DNA of 58,217 nucleotides, filler included, from Sphacelaria rigidula (Eukaryota): the NCBI GenBank assembly GCA_964200075.2. It is 5 parts of 5 records of this genome, joined end to end, with 100 filler letters (N's around TTAATTAATTAA, not from the genome) between each part and the next. Parts side by side here need not be neighbours in the genome. Positions count along the whole stretch, not along the records: positions 46,657 to 58,217 come from CAXNAA020004779.1; 4 more parts are not named here. One strand, given 5' to 3'. The stretch's first letter is position 1; each line of letters starts with the position of its first letter. This document shows, one piece after another, positions 47,851 through 58,217 of the stretch. The notes under the pieces were generated by a model, which did not search any database, was not told the origin of the DNA, and worked only from the letters and a program-made list of their open reading frames with translations. The position numbers were made by a program, and so were the translations under genes.

Positions 47851-50800
47851 CTCTTGACCGTTGACCCAAGCTGTTGCACCCGTGTCTGCCCCACCATCTT
47901 CCTCGCCGCTGCGTTTCAAGCGACCGTGCGGCAATGCTCCCTCGTAAAATCGCTTCATGTAAGACCGCCCTAGCACGTCCGCCGCTGTGGCCGAGCTCTT
48001 GTCCAGCTCCCATATTGTCTGGTCAGGCCCGAAGACAAACACCTACATCGGGGGACACGGAACAAAATGACAACTTTTTCACCCCATATCACATATCAAA
48101 GACTTCGAAAAAGAATGAGAAACTCCGAAAACAAGTCGGCAAGGAAAAAAACGAAGCTGAGGTGCACTACATTATCATACTTCGTACTGTGGTGCGAAGG
48201 AGGCGAACGACGCAGCAATCCAGGTCCAGCGCCCATATTCTCTTGTGTCGGAGTCGTATGAAAATGAAAAGTACAAGATATGCTCAAGGCGTCAGGGAGC
48301 CGTTGAGACGCAAGTCAGACCGATGAAAGTAAACCAAATACAGCTGGCTCAGAGCCGATACCGGACGCCCGACTTGTTCAGCCCGCGATAAGACTTTGGA
48401 GATTTCACAAGGCGGATGTACGCAGGTTAATCGAGCATATATACATAAATGCTGGCACCACACTACCCTGATCGAAACGCCACGAACAGAAAAAAAGGAT
48501 CATGCTTGAAAACTGGTGTGCTTGTGTGGGCATTGTCACTCCAGTATCCACAAAACAGACGCTTCGGCTGAACATCAGTGCATCTAAAGTAATGCTGTCA
48601 ATCGAATCAACCTGTCCGTGCTCAGTCTCTTGTACCGTATCATGTATGTTGTTTCATTCCCTGGTGAGATTTGCCAACGTTCAACCTCCAACCACTGACA
48701 ACCACGACCGCAAGTCTAGCCCCACCACGACCGAGCAATGCCCACTAGCAGTGCTGGGTCCATCAGCAACTATCTGGAAGCTGGTGTATTTTTGCCTTCA
48801 ATTTTGTGCATGTACCTCATATCGTATTTGGTCTTCATCATCTGGGGATTACCTTGCGTTGTTGAAGCTCCTGGTGCAGCCAGTCCACCAGCTCGCGGCC
48901 CGAAGTCACAGAATCCGGCACCACAGCCTTGCCCGCTCCCTAGCATGATGCGCACAACACACCGCACGTTATAGGCACCATGTGTGCATACATAGGCGCA
49001 GAGGAGAATCAGGTAATATGCGTGCCGTCCCGCAATCACGGTGGTGATTGAGCTACGAGTGGCAAGACTCGCTGTGTTAAACGTCGACTACCAAGATATA
49101 CTGTGCACCATCCATACAACATGAGTGTAAGGCATAGTACACGGTGGGGTCAGCAAACTCGATGAAGCATGAAATCAAAGTCATGTTGGCCTTCAACTCT
49201 GCGCCATGTAAACGGCTACCTCCTCCAAGACTTCCAGCTCTACTATACCTATCGCAGGGCACAAACTGGCAGTCACTATTGTTCAATGGTTGACAAAACA
49301 GATGGAAAGATTTTGCATGAAAGCGATGGTCATTTTCCGATCTGGAACCCAGAACACGATCGCGTAAACCTGACGCTACCCCGGGTAACATATCATGTCA
49401 CATACACACTAGTACGGCATGCTAGTAGTTATCATGTGCACTTCGCCGCACCAAATGAAGTAATTTTTGTTGCCCGTCATTTCGTCTTCGCTGTATAATA
49501 GCTTCAGTCTTGCTACTGCACCTGCGGCTGCGTTTTATCACGTCAAAGTTTGATGAAATGCTGCGCGTGTGTCTTGAATGTACCGAGCAAGTTGAGGGTA
49601 TTTCAATAGGTCCGGTTTGAGTCGAGACATCATCAACTCTTTACCGGGAGTTGGAGCCTACAAGATGCGGCCGAAACGTTCACTGAAGCAACATAATATC
49701 CACGGCCTTATAGCCGCACACAGCTGACGGCGAATTCAAGCTCTCTGGGCATTATACCTCACTTTCGGTGCGATATTTGCTGCATGTTGCACTCGAGGCA
49801 GACGTCGCGTCATTCGCGTGCTTATTGGGGCTCACATGTTGTCGACGAGCCTTATTCTTGTCTTATACAGTCAGCATGATATGATACAGTCAGTGTTGGA
49901 CACGGACTATGTATTAAACCCAAGTCAAGCACGCTTCGACGTTTACGCATGGTTGTCCGACGTTTGCCGCGCAGTGACGATTGAGGCACAAACGTAATCC
50001 TGTCGAATGTTTCGCAACGGGTTGCTCGTCGCCTGTACTTCATTAATTGATGGTCGCACTTCAGCTGATCCCCCAGAGATCCAGCCGTGGTAACATGATA
50101 GACGTACCCAAGACAAATTAAAACTGAAACACTCGTTAAAAAAAAAGTAGAACAAAACAACTTGGTAGTCCAAGTCGTGACGTAAAAAAAAAGAGCCAAG
50201 AACGAATTGTCGCCTGTACATCACGTGCATATTTTGCTTGTTCCAGGAGGTTCCATAGCCCAGGAGATTTCCGCGTTTGATATCAGCACGCCGATATTTA
50301 CAATGTGGATGCTTATGCATTCTGCACTCAAGTCAACATACATCGGACTGTGAGACATTTTTGTCGACACGATATCGAAATTCAAACAAGGCGTATAGCT
50401 GAGATATGTGTAAAGCCGCCAGATCGTGTGCAGTAGGAAGCTAGCAATCCCAAGGTTGTATGCGTTGCCTTAGCAACGTAGTAGACGATGCAGCACAAGA
50501 GCAGCAGTCTCTCGCAGCCCCTCGGAGGTGGCCCGCGCAAGGGGCGTCACATACAACTCATCAGTGACGAACTCCGCCCCCCCTCGTTCCAAGCCACCTC
50601 ACTTTGTTCCAGAATTGCAATGATACTTTACCCCTCTCAAAAGAAGTACATTTCGATCGTTCTTACAATTTTTCGTAGTCTCCACGTGCTCTAGTGTGCT
50701 GCTGTGCTGCTGTCAACATATGGGGGTCAAGTGCGCAGCGTACAGCCCAGAAACCCCCGATATTCATTACCTACGAAATTACAGAGCGTTCAAGATGATA

Positions 50801-53800
50801 TACTCGTATAAAAGATATGAGGCCGACGCAACACGAAGCATCTTGAGTTTCTTGCAGAACCTTCAGCCCATCCAGCCAGCAAGATCCTTGACCGGCTCAA
50901 GATTCGAGAAGGTTTTGCTCTCAATCACGGCACAGCACCTTGCACTCCTTAACTTCGGATCCACGAGATCTCGGTGACGCATAGCTCCCTCAAAACTTGG
51001 CCCTCAATGAAAGGCCGAGCAGAGGGAACCACGAGAAAAGAGTTTTTTGGCTCTAGGGCCGGCAAAGATCAACATACGCATCCATTACTCTTCGACACAC
51101 ATATGCTGTTTCCATTGACGGAATACTACGTGGTACAAAATACAACCAAAGCATGGCACCATGTAATAGTTTGCATACTTTTCATCACCGTCAGGAGATA
51201 TATGACCACGCGTAAGACTGCCATGGCTACAAACGCTACGAACCAACACACGCAGCTCCATTTGAACCGTCCAGCCCTTGGGATATGCATCGCGAGAGTG
51301 CTTTAGGCTTACCTTGGGGTCGGTAGAAACTGTGTTTGAATCCGTGGTAATCCAGTCCAGACTGTGGGATACGCTCTGTCCTCCCTTGTAGCTCCAGTGG
51401 GCTGCCAGACCGAATTCCGCTCTCTGATGCATCTCTTTCGATCGTACCTGAAGATGACATATCCCAACGCAGAGTACGGCGAAGGAGACCTTGTAGGGAA
51501 GAAAAACGGGCGAGTGGAAACTCGGCAGATATTTGAAATTCGGCAGTTTCATCGCTATCTATTTGTCCCTTCTCAAGACCGTTTCTCCTTTTTTTTCGCT
51601 TGTGTTCGTCTATTTCACGAGTCCGTCGTCTCAAGCGATCAACCCAAAATGACAGCTTGATATCAAGCATTAGATCAGCGCTCTCGCGGTCCGTGGATTT
51701 CCGTCGAGTTTCTGTTAAATCATATCCTCACGCGCCCTCACTTTTTCCACCAGGGAAAGCAGTCAAACACACATTAATGTGGACGACGAAAAATCCTCAA
51801 CCCGCACAAGCTGGAGCGTGACGTGTATCCGTGTGACCACCGCGGTGCCTAACAAAATTGTACCATCGCAGCCATCGTCGGGTGGACACAATCAGGACAC
51901 AACCAGCAACCACTGCCAAGAGATTCACGCTGGGTATCGTGCGAACACAAGGACTATCGTATTCATTTCACCGTACACTCAGCGATTAACGGCTAGACCG
52001 TCAGACAGTAACCCTCAAAGTCGATGAAGATAAACAGGCCGTGAGCGACACAACCATCGAAACGGAACCCTCATGAACTTATCGTGCACTACTTCTTCCC
52101 CCGGCTTTTCCCGAGAATCAACATGGAAATCAAGGTACCACTTAGATTATGACACCGTTACCTGGAACTCCATCACGACGGGAGGACCGTTGGTAGAACT
52201 GTCGGGAACGAGCTGCGTTGAATGGAGGCTTTGGTACCCGTTTTCCTTGGGCCTGGCGATGTAGTCCTTCAAGCACTGCCCTAGGCTGGGGTACAGCTTT
52301 TGTATGACCGACATGGCCTGCCGGCACAAGGACGAGCCATCGAGACTTCAGACCAACGTGAACCACTCGCCCGAGGTTTCAAGGTCACTTACATGACGCG
52401 TGCCACGACAACCTTCACTGGTCTAGGAAGAAGGAGGGCACGTCACGTAAGTCACATAGGGGATAGTGCAAGCGCATGACTCGACACAGCCTGCCATCAC
52501 ACCGCTTGAAAAACAGGAAGCATTTGATGTGGAACCTAATATCGCATCGTACAAACAAGAAACACACACGCGCGGGCAGAACCAATCGTCCGTTTCTGCT
52601 TAGCATGTCGTGACATCGTCGCATTGACTCTTGAAGTTGAGCCCCTGGGCGCGAGAACGCCTGAAGACGACGGTATGGTGTTGGTGACTGATCCTGCCGC
52701 TGCCATTGCCCTTGCGTGCAACATCTTTTGACACGTTGAGACACCGCCAGTCGTTGTGGTCGGATGCTGACCAGGCGACCATGTGACAAACAAACGGAGA
52801 GCGGACGTCGCGGCGAATAACCCAAACCACGCTGGTGCTCCGCAGGGGCAGCATGTTCTGTACCTGGTAACAAAGGTCCTCTGAGCGTGCCGTGTAGGAT
52901 TCGTCTGATTCGCCCTGCCATCGCCTCGCTTCCAGAACCACCCGAATGGCCACCGCATCGTACACGCCCTCCACAGGCACCTGCACAATAACATATCCGT
53001 TCATATGTCCGAGGCCTTTTACATGGAATTGGTCATCAACCGTCGCCAAACTTGAAACACTACGAGTATTAAAAAACGGTGTATGAGCACACAGGTCTAG
53101 TGAATCACCATAGTGCAATATCCTGCTCAGGGATGTTTCCGCCGAAATGACGCATGCCTCCATCATCGGACATAGAGCATCGACCACTTTCATTAAAATA
53201 TCACCATCGTACAACATTATCCAAAAGCATGGCTTCAATGGAATATCGAAGCCAGAATATCCACGGGCATCTATCTTCACCGGACCAACTCTATCCACAA
53301 AACTGCTACATGATCGGAAATACCCCTCACCCGACTAAACCGGACACGGTTGAAGCTTGCAGAAAGGCGGCGACGGCGGTGTGACAAGCACCAGCTAAAA
53401 AAGGAGGATACACGGCCATCAAACATTGTTGTCAATCATCAATAATATATGTCGACCATCATCAGCCGTCACCTATCGAACATTATTCATAGCAACCCTT
53501 CCGGGCCAACCGCGAACTAGCGTCATTTCGCTACTGTTTTAAACGCCGTCGAGAAGAAATCACGGTCGTCACTCACTGACTCGTTTCGAAAAGAATCCTC
53601 CCATGTACACCCTCACGTGGGCTGAGAACGCCCACACGACACGGTACCCTAGTATACCGTTCACATCCGAGCAGCGGCTACTTGCAACGTGACGAACTTT
53701 GCTACGCCTCTTCCGTCTGATTTCACGTGAATGTGCTTCCTTCTCCAACATTGAGGGGGATGAATGCAACCCCGTTGTGTCAATGTCCTGAGGTCATGAG

Positions 53801-54898
53801 CCGCCAGGTCGCCATCAGCTGCAGCGTGTGCCAAACAAGCCAGTGAATTAGCGGCTGCGACCACTGCACTACTCTCAGAGAACATGCATGATTATATTAA
53901 ACGTTATCTGCAAACATCACATTCTTTATCTGAAAAACAGACACAAGACACCATTTCCACTGTTCATACACAAGACCCGCTTTGCACACATTTTCGCATC
54001 GCAACGACAATCAGTGTGTAAGACGTTTGGCTTGCTATGTACAGATACCCTTGAGCGCATCTTACCGCACGAAGACCAATTAGAAGCCAATTGATTCAAT
54101 TGACAGACTGAATGATTGTCGCACATTAACTGACCGCCCAGTGATCCAGCCGTGGTAACATGATGGTGACATGATGGTGACATGATGGTGACATGATGGT
54201 GACATGATGTTGACATGATGGACGTACCCGAGACAAAAACATGATGGAAACACTCACCCAACACATGTGAAGAGAACAGAACGGTGGGCAAGGTACAGAG
54301 AGTAGAGACAGGAAAGAACAAAGCACAACTGAGTGAAGACAGAAAAAAAAACACCTGAAAATGGCTGGCCTCTGCAGCATCGTTTCGGTAGAAATGGTCT
54401 AGCGCAAATGCACACACAGTCATGAGTCATGAGTCATGAGTAATCAGTCATGAGTCATACTCATTCGAGAAAAAAAAAAAAAGGCGTGGGAACAAATTAC
54501 GACTCATCTATTTCGACGTCACTTTTGTGGGCATGAAGTTCTCACCCATGAACTCTAGTGAAGCGAGGTACTCAACTGCTACTTGCATACACCGGGAGAA
54601 AACAGCGCAAAGAGAAGTAAAGGGAGGAACTGGGAGAGAAAGAGGGCATAGAAGAGGACAATACAGAAGTGAAAAACTCCGGGACACCGTACAGTAGAGC
54701 AGGTGCGAACAGACACTAGGAAACACAAGACCACGGATCACAGATAAAATCAACAACTGATACGGAAGATAGGGGTGTATCATCTTCTCGTTGCACTGTT
54801 TATTCGTGCACAGTCCGACGTACCTTCTTCTTTTCCATTTTTCTCCACGTGGAGTATGGCGACTTGATGCGGTGCTGCAACACTACCTCCTCCTCCAG
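47851..54898 (-). CDS. RSH: RelA/SpoT homologue: (p)ppGpp synthetase + TGS-like domain; spliced, partial
   Basis: Phase-0 exons 54898-54824 (QHRIKSPYSTWRKM), 52980-52864 (VYDAVAIRVV...CYQ), 52317-52162 (KDYIARPKENGYQSLH...MEFQ), 51447-51313 (VRSKEMHQRAEFGLAAHWSYK), 48939-48853, 48042-47851 (VFVFGPD...ATAADV...AWVNGQE). Confidence 0.9.
50045..50130 (+). repeat. Short dispersed repeat (GATCCAGCCGTGGT core); copies at about 54090-54240 and 55245-55325
   Basis: GTCGCAC....CTGA.C....TCCAGCCGTGGT...GACGT shared by three loci. Confidence 0.65.
54158..54220. repeat. 11-bp minisatellite (ACATGATGGTG)n
   Basis: Four perfect units plus two degenerate units. Confidence 0.9.
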
Positions 54899-56359
54899 CT
54901 GCAACAGACACATGCAGACACATGCAGACACATGCACCAATAAAAGAATAATACCACATGACGTTTAGTCGGCTTCCATACGCACGCACAGTCGAAAAAG
55001 GGGGCTGTTACCACACGAGCGTCACAGTAGGCGCAGCAGGGAAAAAAAAAAAACAATCGAAGTATTTTTCAGTACCGCATGGCGGTTCGTCATTCCTCAC
55101 CCACACGTGAATTTGCGAGAAGCCGTAGACATGGGCGGAATAAAAGCAAAAACAATGGTAACTAACGCCTTGGATATCGAATCACCTTGAATAATGGCAT
55201 CATTAATCAACACGGAACCGATACAAACGAAGTGAATAAGATATTGACTGATTGATTGTCGCACAACGACTGATCCTCTAGTCATAATCCAGCCGTGGTC
55301 AGTCACAGGGTAGACGTGACCAACGACTGCTGCCGAAATAGCCCCCCCCCGAACCGGCCAAAAAAGTGCACGGAGGCGATGATCATAAATGCNNNNNNNN
55401 NTTGGGCGTAATAGCTAATTTCGAACTGCTCCACGTCTCTCATGTGGGCGAAGTTGCTGGAAACGAGCCCTATAGTGGGATCGCAGCCGCTTTGTCGCAC
55501 CGCCTCACGTGCACTTCTTGTGGGGGGGCTATCTCGGTATGAGTCCAACACTGAAAAAACGGAAACACTGTCTGGTTCGCCGAAGGAAACTCGAGAAGCG
55601 GAGAAACAAGGGGGAAATATGGAGCAGACGAATTTGAACAAAAACATAGACGAGGCATACCAAATCAGAACAAAACAAATATATAGAACACGCGCTTTAG
55701 GCACAACCAAACACAGAGTTCGGTCGACAATGAAATCGAATCATAAAAGTAGTCGCCATGGCTTTTGCTGCCTTCGTCTTGCGGTGTCCAAGACATTCAA
55801 ACACACGCAAATTTCATATGACGTACTGAACATGATACCGTCGCTAATCCATCACACTCCAGCTGATGACAAAAAAAGGGCAGGGCCAACGGGATCTGAC
55901 GTGAGTTCCATTTTGTGCACGACGGGCATGGAATCGTGACTGACGCATCGACTGTGCATCAGCCTTTTCTGTAAAATGAACATGCTTGGTGGATTCATAT
56001 GGCGCAACATGAACACGCCCCTCTACCCTTCACAACAGTAACGGGTTGGACAGGAGCGAAAACATGAGCGGTTTGGGATCGGGAACAAGTAACTCGTCCC
56101 GACAGGAAGTCATCTGCAGTAAGTAGTACGTGACCAGAGCACCGCGACTACCGTGAACATGGAAATATGTTGAAAAAAATATCATAGTCTACCGAGTGAT
56201 CATTCATTGATTGATTCCGCACACTACACGATACGCTGGAAATCCAGTCGTGGTCATTAGATCAAAGATACACGTGCGTAACTAGAGTACACAAGCGTAG
56301 AGACTCAAGAAAGAAAGCTCGAGAGAAGTGGGTAAAACTGGGGCGGGGAGGGGAGGGGG

Positions 56360-58133
56360 GGTCGTTGCTTGCCTTGGTCATTTGACCAGTGACCACGCAT
56401 CCCTTTCGAGACGGAGTACCGTTCCTACTACACATAGAGACACCTCCAACATTCTGGCGCTCATAACGTTTGTTCCATACATTGCACGAAAAACTTGTAC
56501 ATATCACATCCCCGTCCTGTTTCGCCGTCTCTGTCCACCATTTGTCTCCTGGTATAACCGTCGTTTTCTCCCTACTGTCTGATACGTCAAAGGATTAAAT
56601 GCCACCGTCGTTCACATCCTGCATTTCCCCCCCCTAGCACGTCCTGCTTCTTGTATATTTCACATTCTGCAACTGTATGAGATCTGCTCTCTATTTCTTT
56701 GCCACAGGGGCAATTCTGTTCTTCCACTCCCTCCTCTACACAACTACTGGTAAATCTCCTTTCTTGCAGGTCCAGGTCCCCCACCCGAAATCGCAGTTGC
56801 AACTTTTTCGCCGCATCCATGGGGCGATGCAGATATGTTTCCATCCCGATCCCCTCTCTCAATCCCCCGTATATTTTGAGGGATTCTTCCTCGTCTACTT
56901 TGCATCTGAGCGCTCATTTTCCCCTTATTTCTATCATGTCTCTTACTCTTGAGTTGTACCCCGCGCCTTCAACTCTGGACAGTATTTCGTCTTGGTTTCC
57001 TCTTATCTTCTTGCATACTTTCTCGACTTCTTCATCTCACCTTATTCCAGCACGCCCTTTTTCTCTAGTCAGCCCTATCAAGTATAGCTGGCAGTTTCTT
57101 TCTCTGCATGTTCTTCGCGTTATATTGTGACCTCAATTTCCTCATGTCTGCTCGTTTGTAGTGAGTACTTTCCCAACTCTGCTTTCGAAGCTGTATAACT
57201 TGCCGTTTTCGAGCATCCAAGTATCTTCGCAGCTGCTACCATTTGTACCGTTTTCAACTTCTCCACCAACGTCACGTCCCCCTCCCATACTTCTCTTTCA
57301 TATTCCAGCTTTGGTACGATCACGTTCATCAGGATACATATTTAATCCTAGTCTCTACATGCGAGTCTCTAAGGATCACGTTCATCCTTCCTACCTGTGC
57401 CTTACCCTGTTCAATTACTTCATTCATGTGTGCATCCCAAGGACAGTTTTTGACATCTCTACGCCAAGGTATGTACACTAGTCTACGATCGGCAATTCCT
57501 CTCCTCCCCACTTCCACTTGAACTCTACCGGTTTTTCTTATTTTCGTTACAGACCAATACCGCGCATTTGTTGACGTTCGCTGTTGCTCTCCATTTCTTC
57601 GTGTATTTTAGCGCCTTTTCTATTAGTCCTTGCGATCCTTCTGCTGTTTTTGATATCCCCACAAAAACATCTGCGAACATCAGACCCGATATCATATCTT
57701 CACCCACCTTGACTCGTTGATTTGCTGCTTCTATCGCTATTACCAGGTCATTAATAAATACACCCTTGTGCAACTCCTTGTGAGCTATCAAAATATTTCG
57801 ATACTTCCCTGTCTAGCATCATGGCACTCTTTGCACATTCTGTCATTTTCACTATTCTCCACAACTTGCCTCTCATCTCAGTTTCCCACAACGTTTTCCA
57901 CAGCCCGTTTCTCCATACTGTCATAAGTCTTTTGCACGTCCAGAAAGAAACAGTACGCTGTCATCCCGGCGTCTCTCCTACCTTGGATAATCTTACCTAG
58001 TGTGTACACATGGTCTACGCAACTACAGTTTGATCTGAAACCTGCTTGGCCCTCACTGATTTTTCCGTCATTTTATAGCATCGCTCCTACTCTATCGTTC
58101 AGAATCTTACAGCACGCCTTCCCTACCGTGCTC
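56360..58133 (-). mobile_element. Decayed non-LTR retrotransposon (LINE): RT, C-terminal Cys/His motif and 3' UTR
   Basis: KILNDR, SEGQAGFR...CVDHVYTL, FFLDVQKTYD, FINDL, LMFADV, NVNKCAV, PKLEY, CPCG...ESRSHTVAEC; stops and frameshifts. Confidence 0.9.
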
Positions 58134-58136
58134 GGT

Positions 58137-58167
<31 letters not shown>

Positions 58168-58217
58168 GGGGGGGCCAAAAGGGATTTGAGAAAATAGGGA
58201 GTGGAGGGGGGGACGGG

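Overview
Eukaryotic, intron-rich genomic scaffold, most likely from a brown alga (Phaeophyceae, Ectocarpus-like). That assignment is an inference from the long GT-AG introns, the repeat types and the stramenopile-type proteins. There are four 100-nt assembly gaps with a TTAATTAATTAA linker and one short N-run. By hand I reconstructed five spliced minus-strand host genes, all partial: a CUE-domain protein, a large EF-hand protein with repeated degenerate PhoD-like modules, an unknown protein, a divergent proteasome beta1-like subunit and a RelA/SpoT homologue (ppGpp synthetase + TGS). Between and inside them lie many mobile elements: a decayed Ty3/Gypsy LTR retrotransposon, a decayed IS630/Tc1/mariner-type transposase, a LINE fragment, tRNA-derived SINEs and several MITEs. 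The most notable observation is the Gypsy polyprotein, which reads RT - RNase H - C5 DNA cytosine methyltransferase-like domain - integrase - chromodomain-like - Tudor-like. This would be a retrotransposon carrying a DNA-methylation module and two chromatin-reader modules in a lineage reported to largely lack DNA methylation. All domain calls come from motifs recognised by eye and need HMM confirmation.
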